Assembly: GCA_035280065.1 (NCBI GenBank)
Contig: DATEGO010000059.1
Coordinates: 16,888-80,887, forward strand
Direction of reading: 5' to 3'
DNA from: Candidatus Acidiferrum sp.
Lineage (GTDB): Bacteria; Acidobacteriota; Terriglobia; Acidiferrales; UBA7541
DNA: 64,000 nt
How positions within the stretch are numbered: the stretch's first letter is position 1; the number at the start of each line of letters is the position of its first letter. Made by a program: the position numbers and the translations under genes. The notes below the pieces were generated by a model. That model had not been told where the DNA came from. It saw only the letters and a program-made list of their open reading frames with translations, and did not search any database. Below, one piece after another: positions 40,951 to 50,700 of the stretch.

Positions 40951-41664
40951 GTGCTCAATACCAAGGGCAACTGCATCACTTACTTTGGCCACAGCACCTT
41001 TTCACTTACCACACCATCAGGGCATGTGGCGCTCATTGATCCGTGGGTGATGACCAATCCGTGGTGCCCCAAAGAATTGAAGAACGTGCCAAGGCTGGAT
41101 GCGATTTTTCTAACGCACGCGCACACCGACCACTTGGGCGACCTGCTGGCACTGGCCAAGCAGCATCGCCCCAAGATTGCCGCGATGTTCGAGACGTGCC
41201 TGTGGATTGAAAGCAAAGGCTTCGTGGACGAAACCTGCCCGATGGGAAAGGGCGGCTCACAAAAAATCGGCGATTTCGAAATTACAATGACCCACGCGTT
41301 CCATTCCAATTCGATAGAAGAAAATGGGGTGCGCCATTACGGCGGAGAACCCGTCGGCTATATCATCCGCATGCCGGGCAAGTTCACGGTGTATCACGCG
41401 GGAGACACGGCTTTGTTTGGTGACATGAAACTGATTGGAGAACTTTACAAGCCGGACCTGGCGATGCTGCCCATCGGCGACCGTTTCACGATGGGCCCCC
41501 GGGAGGCTGCGCATGCAATCCGACTGCTCGGCGTGAAACACGTTATTCCGATGCACTACGGGACATTCGCTTTTCTAACAGGGACCGTAGAAGAGCTTCG
41601 AAATGAGGCGAAGAAAACTAAAGGGTTGAAGATTCACGCGCTGAAATCCGGAGAAAAACTATGA
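40951..41664 (+). CDS. UPF0173 metal-dependent hydrolase (MBL fold)
   Basis: GHSTF, IDPW, THAHTDH, AFHSNS, YHAGDT, LPIGD, IPMHY. Confidence 0.9.
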   Translation: MLNTKGNCITYFGHSTFSLTTPSGHVALIDPWVMTNPWCPKELKNVPRLDAIFLTHAHTDHLGDLLALAKQHRPKIAAMFETCLWIESKGFVDETCPMGKGGSQKIGDFEITMTHAFHSNSIEENGVRHYGGEPVGYIIRMPGKFTVYHAGDTALFGDMKLIGELYKPDLAMLPIGDRFTMGPREAAHAIRLLGVKHVIPMHYGTFAFLTGTVEELRNEAKKTKGLKIHALKSGEKL

Positions 41665-42317
41665 TTCGCAGCGAAAACCTGCGCAGCGGGTACATTCAAG
41701 ATGACGTCGAGGAGTATTTGTACAATTTGCTGCCCGAGCGCGACCAGGTCGTGAAGGAAATGGAAGACTACGCCGAGGAACATGACGTTGCCATCATCGG
41801 ACCGGCGGTGGCACGGCTGCTAACGATGCTCGTGCGGGCTTCCGGCGCGAAACGCATCTTTGAAATGGGATCGGCGATTGGGTACTCGACAGTCTGGCTG
41901 GCCCGAGCGGCGGGAACACAAGGCAAAGTTTTTTATACGGACGGGGATCCGGAGAAGGCAAAGCGGGCGGAGGTGTACTTTCGAATGGCGGGCGTGGCGA
42001 AGCGCGTAGAAGTCCAAGTGGGAGACGCGCTGGCACTGGTCAAAAAGACGCCCGGCAAGTTTGACATGGTTTTTATCGATGTGGACAAGCAGCAATATCC
42101 TGCTTCCCTGGTGGCGGCGCTGCCAAAATTGAAACGGGGCGGACTGCTCGTCGCGGACAACACTCTATGGTCAGGCGAGGTGGCGCGGCCCGCGGCTGAC
42201 GACGACAAGGACACGAAAGGCATCCAAGAATTTAATCGCGTAGTGTACGCGTCGAAAGAGCTTTATCCTGTACTCATTCCCCTGCGCGACGGCGTGACCG
42301 TTTGCTGCAAGCTTTAG
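41661..42317 (+). CDS. O-methyltransferase (Methyltransf_3 family)
   Basis: FEMGSAIGYS, FDMVFIDVDK, ADNTLWSG, RDGV. Confidence 0.88.
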   Translation: MIRSENLRSGYIQDDVEEYLYNLLPERDQVVKEMEDYAEEHDVAIIGPAVARLLTMLVRASGAKRIFEMGSAIGYSTVWLARAAGTQGKVFYTDGDPEKAKRAEVYFRMAGVAKRVEVQVGDALALVKKTPGKFDMVFIDVDKQQYPASLVAALPKLKRGGLLVADNTLWSGEVARPAADDDKDTKGIQEFNRVVYASKELYPVLIPLRDGVTVCCKL

Positions 42318-42326
42318 CATAGGGTG

Positions 42327-42671
42327 TTAGAGAACGCTATCTTCCATCGATGCAATGACTTGGATTTCCGGCACGAATTTCCCCACGAGCCTTTTGCCGT
42401 TGGTTATCAAGAGATCAGCGCGTGCTAGAGCTGCAGAAGCTAAGTGAATCGAATCTGCGGCTGGCAAACCCAACTTAGCTCAGATTTGTGCATAGTGATC
42501 AGCCGCCTCGACTGTGAAGTCCACAACTTCGGCAATCAACTCTTGCAAAGTACGGCTGGCCTCCTTAGCGCGGTCTGCAGCACCCCTGCGGTAAACTCCA
42601 TCAAGCACGTCGCCGAAAGCAAAAGAGGCCGTGAGTAACAGATCGCCTCTACTCCTCATCCTGAGCCTCAA
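42327..42671 (-). pseudogene. PIN-domain (VapC-like) toxin remnant
   Basis: Reading through the in-frame TGA at 42480-42482 gives AADHYAQI*AKLGLPAADSIHLASAALARADLLITNGKRL, the PIN C-terminal D.IHLA.A...TND pattern; N-terminus missing. Confidence 0.72.
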
Positions 42672-42710
42672 ATTGCACTATGCCAGAAACTGCAATTCAA
42701 ACAAACAGGG

Positions 42711-43622
42711 TCACGAGCGAAAGAGATTGCGGAGGATGAAGCCGACGTTGGCGGGGCGCTCGGCCAGGCGGCGCATGAAATAGGGGAACCAGTCGTTGCC
42801 AAACGGAATGTAAATGCGCACGCGGTAGCCATCCTTCACCAGGCGACGTTGCAGGTCGGTACGGATGCCGTAAAGCATCTGGAATTCGAAATCGTCTTTA
42901 GAGATTTTCTTCTCAACGGCGTAGCGAATTGTCGCGGCAATCAAGCGCGGATCATGCGTGGCAACTGCATTGTAGAAGCCGCTCGAAAGAAGGATCTGCA
43001 TCAGGCGGAGGAAATTGCCGTCGACATCGGCTTTTCTAGGAAATGCGACGTCTTCCGGCTCCTTGTAAGCGCCCTTAACCAAACGGATGCGGCAACCGCA
43101 AGCCAAAAGCTCCCCCACATCCTTCCCGCTACGGTAGAGATAAGACTGAATCACCGTGCCGACGGCAGGATTGCGCGCGCGAACGCGCTTGACGAGGTCA
43201 ATGGTGCGCTGCGTGTAGGCGGAGCCTTCCATATCGATGCGGAGAAAGTTATCTAAACTAGCAGCCCGCTCGACAATGGAGAGCACTAACCCGGTACAAA
43301 ATTCGCTGTTAATGTCCAAGCCGAGTTGCGTAAGCTTGCAGGAAACGTTGGCCAGAAGTTTTTCCTGAGCGATAGTTTCGAAGATTTCGAGATACTCATC
43401 GCGGAAACGCTGAGCGTCGGAGGTGCTGGCAACATTTTCGCCTAAGTAATCCAGGCTGGCGCCCATGCCCCCATCATTGCAGCGCCGGGCGGCATCGATG
43501 GCGTCTTGCAGCTTCTCTCCGGCAACGAAACGGCGCGCCATGCGGCGTGTGGTCCCATTGGAAGTGACCCAGCTGCCGAATTTTTTGTTTGCGGAAAGCT
43601 TCAGAAGCGTAGACCGAAGCAT
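42711..43622 (-). CDS. Monofunctional proline dehydrogenase
   Basis: RRFVAGE, DYLGE, KLTQLG, RIDME, RLVKGAY, ATHD, EFQMLYG, YFMRRLAERPAN. Confidence 0.93.
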   Translation of the reverse strand: MLRSTLLKLSANKKFGSWVTSNGTTRRMARRFVAGEKLQDAIDAARRCNDGGMGASLDYLGENVASTSDAQRFRDEYLEIFETIAQEKLLANVSCKLTQLGLDINSEFCTGLVLSIVERAASLDNFLRIDMEGSAYTQRTIDLVKRVRARNPAVGTVIQSYLYRSGKDVGELLACGCRIRLVKGAYKEPEDVAFPRKADVDGNFLRLMQILLSSGFYNAVATHDPRLIAATIRYAVEKKISKDDFEFQMLYGIRTDLQRRLVKDGYRVRIYIPFGNDWFPYFMRRLAERPANVGFILRNLFRS

Positions 43623-43656
43623 GCGCGTTCATTATCGCAGGCTGAGCGAGATGACA

Positions 43657-44577
43657 CTAGTGCTTGTGCTCTTCCAGGAACTTTTCCGCATCGATCGCGG
43701 CCATGCAGCCAGAGCCAGCGGCGGTGACCGCCTGGCGATAACGATGATCCTGGACGTCGCCGGCGACGAACACGCCTGGAATGGAAGTCAGGCTGCCGTG
43801 CTTGGCGGTCAGGTAGCCGTTCGTGTCCATATCCAGCTTTCCCTTGAAGACCGTGGTGTTCGGCTCGTGGCCGATGGCCACGAAAACGCCATCGAGGGCG
43901 ACTTCGCGTGTTTCCTTCGATTCGGCGTTACGCAGGCGCACGCCTTCCACGAGCCCCTTGGGAGCAAGGATCTCTTCGACGACGAACGGAGTAACGAATT
44001 CGATTTTTTCGTTTTTCCTGGCGCGTTCGATCATGATTTTCGAGGCGCGGAATTCGTTGCGGCGATGAACCAGGTAAACCTTGCTCGCGTAACGCGAGAG
44101 AAAGCCGGCTTCTTCCATCGCCGAGTCGCCACCGCCAACGACGGCGATGGGCTTCCCGCGGAAGAAATAGCCATCACAGGTGGCGCAAGTGGAAACACCG
44201 TGGCCAATCAGCTCGCGCTCGCCTTTTAGGCCAAGCAGGCGCGCCGAGGCACCGGCAGCGACAATTAGGGCTCCCGTCTCGTACGTATGTTTCCCAGCGG
44301 TGATTTTGAAAGGGCGCTTGTGAAGGTCCACTTCGGTCACGGCGCCGGCTTTGAATTCCGCGCCAAACTTTTGCGCCTGCTTGCGCATATTCTCGATCAG
44401 TTCGGGTCCTAGGATGCCGTCGGGGAAACCCGGGAAATTCTCAACGTGCGTGGTGAGGGAGAGCTGGCCGCCGGGCTCATGGCCATCAAGAACAAGCGGC
44501 TTCAGATTTGCACGCGCGGCGTAAATCGCAGCGGTAAGGCCGGCACAGCCACTGCCGATGATGACGACATTGTGCAT
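43657..44577 (-). CDS. trxB: Thioredoxin-disulfide reductase
   Basis: IIGSG.AG, GGQL, VENFPGF, CATCDG, GGGDSAMEE, FVAIGH, YRQAVTAAGSG. Confidence 0.95.
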   Translation of the reverse strand: MHNVVIIGSGCAGLTAAIYAARANLKPLVLDGHEPGGQLSLTTHVENFPGFPDGILGPELIENMRKQAQKFGAEFKAGAVTEVDLHKRPFKITAGKHTYETGALIVAAGASARLLGLKGERELIGHGVSTCATCDGYFFRGKPIAVVGGGDSAMEEAGFLSRYASKVYLVHRRNEFRASKIMIERARKNEKIEFVTPFVVEEILAPKGLVEGVRLRNAESKETREVALDGVFVAIGHEPNTTVFKGKLDMDTNGYLTAKHGSLTSIPGVFVAGDVQDHRYRQAVTAAGSGCMAAIDAEKFLEEHKH

Positions 44578-44769
44578 TCCAGTTTTCTCCAGCCATTAGA
44601 TTCAGTACCGCGCCCGCCGGATACAGCGGCGGTATTGTAGCATTCCCGACAGCGCGCCTCGGAATCCGCGGCGGCCAATTTGGAGAGACTACTTTTTTCG
44701 CGCCCGTTGACCCGCACAAACGCGACTGCGTATAGTCGAGACAACGGTGTTGAACCTAGGAGAACAACG

Positions 44770-45291
44770 ATGGATCCACGCTACCCAATTGGAAATTTTG
44801 AAGTGCCGGCACAAATCACGCCGGCGCGCCGGCAACAAGCGATGGATGAGATAGCTTCCTTGCCGGCGAAAATGCGGGCGGCAGTAAAGGGGTTGAATGA
44901 GGCGCAGCTCGATACGCCTTATCGTTCGGGCGGCTGGACGGTGCGGCAAGTCGTGCATCACGTCCCGGACAGCCACTTGAACGCCTACGTGCGGCTGAAG
45001 CTGGCGCTCACGGAAGAAAAACCGACGATCAAGCCCTACGACGAGGACGCCTGGTCCAGACTGGCAGATTCGAAGTCCACACCGATCGAGGTGTCACTGT
45101 CGCTTCTAACGGCAGTCCACGATCGCTTCGACCGGATCTGGCGGTCGCTCAAGCCGGAGCAGTTCATTCGCCCGCTGATTCACCCGGAGAGTGGCGAGCG
45201 GACGATCGATTGGATTCTCTTTCTCTACGAATGGCACGGAAAGCATCACACGGCACACATCACGGAGCTGCGCAAACAAAAAGGCTGGTGA
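44770..45291 (+). CDS. YfiT/BstA-like DinB-family thiol transferase
   Basis: DPRYPIG, YRSGGWTVRQVVHH.PDSH, PTIKPYDE, Y.WHGKHH.AHI. Confidence 0.88.
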   Translation: MDPRYPIGNFEVPAQITPARRQQAMDEIASLPAKMRAAVKGLNEAQLDTPYRSGGWTVRQVVHHVPDSHLNAYVRLKLALTEEKPTIKPYDEDAWSRLADSKSTPIEVSLSLLTAVHDRFDRIWRSLKPEQFIRPLIHPESGERTIDWILFLYEWHGKHHTAHITELRKQKGW

Positions 45292-45296
45292 CGAAA

Positions 45297-45335
45297 GGTT
45301 GTAAGTTGTAAGTCGTAAGTTCCAAGCTCTAAGTT
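45297..45335. repeat. Short tandem heptamer repeat (TAAGTTG-like)
   Basis: GGTTGTAAGTTGTAAGTCGTAAGTTCCAAGCTCTAAGTT. Confidence 0.7.
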
Positions 45336-45473
45336 TTTCTTTCCAATCCAAATTTTGAAGTCTTGCCTTGGTTCGTGCTTCTTTACTTGCCTTTCATCTG
45401 AGGGTGCGGAGTGGCGTAGCGCGGTCTGGCTCGTGTAGGATGATTCGGCGCACGCAACACACAAGGAGAACGC

Positions 45474-46001
45474 ATGGGCCGAGCGGCAGGGACGTACGCC
45501 ATTTTTGAAACTTCGCAAGGGAACATCGTGGTGCGGTTGTATGAAAAAGAAGCGCCCAAGACGGTAGCTAATTTTGTCGGGCTCGCTGAAGGCACGAAGG
45601 AATTCACCAACGAAAAAACCGGGCAGAAGGAAAAGCGGCCGTTTTACGACGGGCTGATTTTTCACCGTGTAATCCCACAATTCATGATTCAGGGCGGCTG
45701 CCCGCACGGCAGCGGGATGGGCGGACCGGGCTACAAGTTCGCGGATGAGTTTCATCCTTCCCTAAAGCATGCGAAAGCGGGATTCCTTTCGATGGCGAAC
45801 TCTGGCCCGAACACGAACGGCAGCCAATTTTTCATCACCGTTGCGGCGACCCCCTGGCTTGACAACCGGCATACGATTTTTGGCGAGGTCGTGGAAGGCC
45901 AGGACGTGGCCAACAAAGTCTCGAACGTACCGCGTGATTCGAGCGACCGCCCTCGCACTCCCATCACCATCCAGACGCTGCGCATCGAACGCGTCGCCTG
46001 A
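45474..46001 (+). CDS. Cyclophilin-type peptidyl-prolyl isomerase
   Basis: APKTVANF, FHRVIPQFMIQGG, SMANSGPNTNGSQFFIT, HTIFGEV. Confidence 0.95.
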   Translation: MGRAAGTYAIFETSQGNIVVRLYEKEAPKTVANFVGLAEGTKEFTNEKTGQKEKRPFYDGLIFHRVIPQFMIQGGCPHGSGMGGPGYKFADEFHPSLKHAKAGFLSMANSGPNTNGSQFFITVAATPWLDNRHTIFGEVVEGQDVANKVSNVPRDSSDRPRTPITIQTLRIERVA

Positions 46002-46020
46002 TTGGATTTGAAGGCAAGCC

Positions 46021-46389
46021 ATGCTCACGCCAGAGCGGCTACTGGGGGTCATCATCGAGCTGATTTTTGTGATGCTCGGCGGACTGTTGATCTGGCTTGG
46101 TCTCCGTGGTCCGGTCTCCGGGCGCATCGTTGACCGGCACAGTGTGAGCTGGCCGATTGTCGGCGTAGCGTTGATCCTTTGGGGATTTCGCGCGCTCTAC
46201 AAGCCGGGCCAATGGTGGAGGCGCTGGGAATACTGCACGCGCGGGCTTTCTCTGGTGCTTCTGGGAGTCCTGATGCTCGCCATTATCCGCGTTCCATTTT
46301 CCTGGTTCGAACCGATGCTCATGGCAGCAGGCGCGGTTCTCGTACTTCGCGGAATTGTGGCCTCGGCGCTCATCCTCAGACCACGCTGA
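46021..46389 (+). CDS. Small 4-TM membrane protein
   Basis: Four hydrophobic segments; directly downstream of the cyclophilin gene. Confidence 0.65.
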   Translation: MLTPERLLGVIIELIFVMLGGLLIWLGLRGPVSGRIVDRHSVSWPIVGVALILWGFRALYKPGQWWRRWEYCTRGLSLVLLGVLMLAIIRVPFSWFEPMLMAAGAVLVLRGIVASALILRPR

Positions 46390-46550
46390 CACAACGCCCT
46401 GCGAGAGGCGGCAACTTTTTTCTCTGCACCCGGCGATTCACCCGCTTTTTCTTTTCTTGGATATAATCCGAGCTACTGACGGCCCTCCCGAGAAGCTTTT
46501 CTGCGCAGGGCCGCCATTCACCTTCATCGAAAAGGCAAAGGAGAAAGACC

Positions 46551-46985
46551 GTGTTGAAGGAATTCAAAGAATTTGCCATGCGTGGGAATGTCATGGATAT
46601 GGCAGTAGGCGTGATAATCGGCGCGGCGTTCGGGAAAATCGTCGCGTCGCTGGTAGAAGATGTGATGATGCCGCCGCTCGGACAGTTGATCGGCAAAGTG
46701 GACTTCTCGGCCTTCTTCCTCAGCTTGAATGGCAAAAGCTACGCCTCTCTTGTAGAGGCGAAAGCAGACCATGCGGCGACACTCAACTACGGCATCTTCT
46801 TGAACAACGTGATCAATTTTCTGATTGTGGCCTTCGCCGTGTTCCTTGTTGTGCAGCAGGTGAACCGGTGGACGAAGAAGCCGGAGCTAGCGGCCGCGCC
46901 CACTACGAAAGAGTGTCCGCAGTGCGCGATGACCATTCCCCTCGCGGCAAAGCGCTGCGGCCACTGCACCTCGCAAGTAGCCTGA
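46551..46985 (+). CDS. mscL: Large-conductance mechanosensitive channel with C-terminal zinc ribbon
   Basis: [35 protein letters not shown]...INFLIVAF; tail KECPQC...RCGHC. Confidence 0.93.
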   Translation: MLKEFKEFAMRGNVMDMAVGVIIGAAFGKIVASLVEDVMMPPLGQLIGKVDFSAFFLSLNGKSYASLVEAKADHAATLNYGIFLNNVINFLIVAFAVFLVVQQVNRWTKKPELAAAPTTKECPQCAMTIPLAAKRCGHCTSQVA

Positions 46986-47017
46986 TCAACGCTAAAGAGT
47001 GGCCCGTTGCAAGCAGG

Positions 47018-49288
47018 TTAGGATGGTTGCTTGCGTTTTTTCTGATTTGCTTCGAGGTGCGCGCGCAGGCGGCAGACCACGTCATCTTCGTGGCCGTCCT
47101 CCATTTCTTTCTGGACTTCCTCCAGCGCGAAGTGAACCACGTCATGGTGGTGCAGTTCCAAGGGCGAGACCAAATCGCTAAAACGCAGCCACAATCGGTG
47201 CAGGAGATTGATTTCGTTGGCGGTGAGGTTTGGAGCGTGGGGACCAAGGACCTTGTAGAGCTTGTCCCCGTTGGGCATGTGAATTTCCAGGTTGAATTGC
47301 GGTTTCGTTTCACCCAGCTTTTCCCAGGCCTCGCCAATCTGGCGGGCATGTTCCTCGGTGCTCTCCCTCGACGATCGGCCCACGACAATGGTGCTGGATT
47401 GCAAGGAAGTGGCGGCGCGCAGAATACCGTCCCACAGGTCGTTTGCCGCGACAACTGCCAGACGAATGGACTTTCCCCGTCTTTCCGCCAGAGCCAGCGC
47501 CTGCGAAAACAGTTGCTGCTCGATGCCTCCAAAGAGTTGCTCGGCTTCCAGTTCGTATTCGCCGGAAGCGGAACGCCGCAACAATCGAACGTGAAGAACA
47601 ACAACGTCGCGGCGGCCAGGCTTCACACGGTCGAGGACGTTGCTCAGGTGGTACAGATTAAATTGATTGCTGACCGGAACGAGTATGTTGCCCGGTCGCG
47701 CTCCAACCGCTTCCGGCGTGAGTTCGCTTTCTGACTCCAGGTTGAACTGGTCCATCTCCACATGGGCGGCGCCCATTCTTTTGCGGTGGCGCTCGGAAAT
47801 GGTAAACACGAAGAAGAGGAGAATGGAGAAAACGCCGCCGGCCATAGTGGCCACCGGCTTGGTGAAGAGGTTGACGACAGCAATGAGAAAAAGCGTGCTC
47901 GTGATCACGATTAGCCCGAGAGGGATCTGAACGCCCCCAATTCGCGGGTTGAAAGGAACCTGGAACTCGCGCTCGCCGGGATGTGTATAGCGCAGGACGA
48001 GGACAGCCAGACCATTCATCGTAAAACTCCAAATCACGCCGAAGGCATAGAGGTTTGCGAGAAAAGTCACGTCGCCGCGGCTGATGACGATCGTGGCGAT
48101 CTGGAGTAGAACGATAATGTTGATGATGCGGTAGCTGGTTCCGAATGTCGGGTGCGGTTGGCGGAACCAATCACTGAGCACGCCATCCTCGGAGACCCGG
48201 TTGAGCACGCCGTTGGATCCCACAATAGCCGTGTTGACCGCCCCGGCGAGAATGAGCACTCCGACAATGACCACGAAGCCATGAAAAATCAAACGGGCAA
48301 GAAAAGGCCCTTCGAGATTCATGGCCAAGCCGCCAATCAGATTCTGCAGAAAACCCTGGCGAACATCGTCAGGGATGATCATGACGGCAAAGAACGAAAC
48401 CAGCGAAGTGAACACCAAGCTGTAAATGAAGATGATTAAGCCGGCTTTCTTCAGGTTCCGGAGCTTGGGGGACTCAATTTCGCGGTAGACCTGCGCCAGG
48501 GATTCTTCTCCGCTCATCGCCAGGACGGAGTGCCCCAGCGCGATGAAGATGGCGATAATGCCAAACGTATGTGGCAGCGAACTGTGAGCGAGCCAGCCCA
48601 GGGCGCTCGGCGTAAGATGGAGGTTGCGCGGATGCGGCAGCGGCGGCAGCTCCGAGTGGCGGACGATAATTGTGCGGATGCACCAGGCGATGAGCAGAAC
48701 CACCATGACGGTAACGAGCTTCATGATTTTGAGCGCTTTGTCGCTGGATTCGTGAACGCCCTTGGTGTTCTGCCACCAAAAATAAATGGTGACGAAAATC
48801 GCAAAAGAAGCGGCGATCAAACTCACGGTTCGGGGCGAGAACGCACCGCTGAGATGAAAGTGCTGGGAGGTTTCACTCAAGAGCCCCGCGAGGTATTGGC
48901 CTGCAGAAACGCCGCTGATCGGGCCCGTGAGGATGTAATCGAACATCAGGGCGGAGACGCTGAACTTCGCAAGCCCGCCGCCCAGGGACTGCTTCACGGC
49001 GCGATAGACGCCGCCGCGTACAAACATGCTGCAGCTTTCGATGTAGACCGCGCGAACGGCGTAGGAAAACAGCATGATGCCGAGGATGAACCACGGGGCG
49101 GCTTTGCCGATGTAGCCTTCCGCCTCGCCACCCGCGTAATACGCGGAAGAGGCGAGGTCGTTGAGGACAATCGCCGCCGCGCGCCAGAACGAGATGAAGC
49201 TGAGCAGCGCCGTGGTGGCCACCAAGACGCGCGGAACTCCGTTGCCCCGGCTGGCCGCAGCAGCAGGGTTGTTGGGAATGCTGCTCAT
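47018..49288 (-). CDS. APC-family permease with cytoplasmic USP-like C-terminal domain
   Basis: About 12 TM segments, DLASSAYY, GGVY, DYILT, SGEES, LYAFGV; C-terminal ILVPV...VVVLHV...IVVG. Confidence 0.85.
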   Translation of the reverse strand: MSSIPNNPAAAASRGNGVPRVLVATTALLSFISFWRAAAIVLNDLASSAYYAGGEAEGYIGKAAPWFILGIMLFSYAVRAVYIESCSMFVRGGVYRAVKQSLGGGLAKFSVSALMFDYILTGPISGVSAGQYLAGLLSETSQHFHLSGAFSPRTVSLIAASFAIFVTIYFWWQNTKGVHESSDKALKIMKLVTVMVVLLIAWCIRTIIVRHSELPPLPHPRNLHLTPSALGWLAHSSLPHTFGIIAIFIALGHSVLAMSGEESLAQVYREIESPKLRNLKKAGLIIFIYSLVFTSLVSFFAVMIIPDDVRQGFLQNLIGGLAMNLEGPFLARLIFHGFVVIVGVLILAGAVNTAIVGSNGVLNRVSEDGVLSDWFRQPHPTFGTSYRIINIIVLLQIATIVISRGDVTFLANLYAFGVIWSFTMNGLAVLVLRYTHPGEREFQVPFNPRIGGVQIPLGLIVITSTLFLIAVVNLFTKPVATMAGGVFSILLFFVFTISERHRKRMGAAHVEMDQFNLESESELTPEAVGARPGNILVPVSNQFNLYHLSNVLDRVKPGRRDVVVLHVRLLRRSASGEYELEAEQLFGGIEQQLFSQALALAERRGKSIRLAVVAANDLWDGILRAATSLQSSTIVVGRSSRESTEEHARQIGEAWEKLGETKPQFNLEIHMPNGDKLYKVLGPHAPNLTANEINLLHRLWLRFSDLVSPLELHHHDVVHFALEEVQKEMEDGHEDDVVCRLRAHLEANQKKRKQPS

Positions 49289-49366
49289 GTGTGGGTTTCG
49301 CTACCTAGCAGCCTGAAATGCTCCCATTTTTCACGCGTGAAGTCTAGTAAATCAGGTTTCCGTTGC

Positions 49367-50194
49367 CTATCTTTTGCGCAGCAAATCCTCAATGTCGCCA
49401 ATTTTTTCGCCAAGTAGGTTGAGCTTCCGCGACAGGCCCTGAATGTCGGAAGCGGCGCGCCGGTTGACGTCGTAATCCAGCTCGCCGCGCAGACGATCCT
49501 TCGTGTCCTGACGGTTCTGGCTCATCATAATGACCGGCGCTTGAATCGCCGCGAGCAGGGAAAGAAACAAGTTGAGGAGAATGAAGGGATAGGGATCCCA
49601 GGCAGCCTTCCTTAGAACAACGTTGACGGCCACGTAAGCTGCGGACAGGATGGCGAAAAGAATGATGAACGTCCAGGAACCGCCAAATAGCGCTACAGCG
49701 TCGGCGACGCGCTCGCCAAAGGTGGCTTCCTTTTCAATGATCTCATTGGGATGGCGCCCGGCGCGCAAGCGGACGAGTCTTTGCGAGGCGTGGAACTGCC
49801 TGCCAAGTACCGTGAGCATATCCATCCCAGCGTGAGGCTTTCGCTGGAGAAGTGTGGCGATGTCGTCGCGCGAAACCTCAAGGCACGCGGTCTCTTCGAG
49901 AGCGATGGCATCGGTCTGATGCGGTGTCCTCTCTAACATCGAGGCAAAGCCGAAGAATTCCCCGTGCCCCGGCTCGTCGACGACAACTTCCTGGTGATCT
50001 TCATCCACGGTCGTGACGCGCACGCGCCCGGAAATCATCACGTAAGCTTGCCCCGTGGTGTCACCCATTTTGTAAATGCGCTGGCGTGGGGCGAAGTGCT
50101 TTAGCTCCACCTGGCTGGCAAGGACAGCCGCCTCTTCATCGTCGAGAAGCGCAAAGAGAGGAACGTGCTTCAATTCATTGCGATCGCAAGCCAT
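49367..50194 (-). CDS. cNMP-binding domain plus DUF1003 membrane protein
   Basis: VPLFALL, GEFFG; GSWTF, WDPYPFILLNL, QAPVIMMSQNRQ. Confidence 0.88.
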   Translation of the reverse strand: MACDRNELKHVPLFALLDDEEAAVLASQVELKHFAPRQRIYKMGDTTGQAYVMISGRVRVTTVDEDHQEVVVDEPGHGEFFGFASMLERTPHQTDAIALEETACLEVSRDDIATLLQRKPHAGMDMLTVLGRQFHASQRLVRLRAGRHPNEIIEKEATFGERVADAVALFGGSWTFIILFAILSAAYVAVNVVLRKAAWDPYPFILLNLFLSLLAAIQAPVIMMSQNRQDTKDRLRGELDYDVNRRAASDIQGLSRKLNLLGEKIGDIEDLLRKR

Positions 50195-50299
50195 AGTTCA
50201 CCTCATTGGCATTGGGATAATGACGGACTCTAAGCAGAGCATTCCACAAAAGCGAAGAATGGTTCAACCGGCAACGGCTTTGGCTAAACCTCGAGGCAT

Positions 50300-50686
50300 C
50301 TAGCCGGCAGCGGCGCGGAACGCTTTTGCGCACTCCTCGCAGGGACAGATGCTGCGGAGATGGTCGTAGGCGTAGATGCCCGTGGAGTGGCCGTCGGTAA
50401 AGGTGATCTGAATGGCGTAATTCCCTACTTGCGTGGCGGCTTTGGCGCGCGGCTTGGGCTTGAACATCGGCAGCGTGGGAGAGGAGGCCATTCCGGGCGC
50501 GGACACAAAGGCTGCTTTTTTGTCGCGCTCGTCGTTGCATGTCGCGCAAGGGCATTCGTCGCGCAAATATGCGAAATCGTAATGGCTGGCGTGGCCGTCG
50601 GCCCAGGTGATGTCGACACCGGCGCCGCTTGAAACGTGAATCTTGACGCTGGTCGGCTTTTTGCGCGGATCGAGGGGAGTGGGCAT
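50300..50686 (-). CDS. DUF971 (GBBH-like N-terminal) protein
   Basis: ITWADGH, LRDECPCATC, VGNYAIQITFTDGHSTGIY. Confidence 0.88.
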   Translation of the reverse strand: MPTPLDPRKKPTSVKIHVSSGAGVDITWADGHASHYDFAYLRDECPCATCNDERDKKAAFVSAPGMASSPTLPMFKPKPRAKAATQVGNYAIQITFTDGHSTGIYAYDHLRSICPCEECAKAFRAAAG

Positions 50687-50700
50687 TTTTTGCGACGCGT

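Noticed and set aside
45297-45335. CRISPR array
   Set aside because: 7-bp tandem units without spacers; no cas genes. I also saw no CRISPR, tRNA or rRNA elsewhere in the window
46355-47734. 459-aa plus-strand ORF
   Set aside because: Overlaps mscL out of frame and the APC permease antisense; no recognisable features
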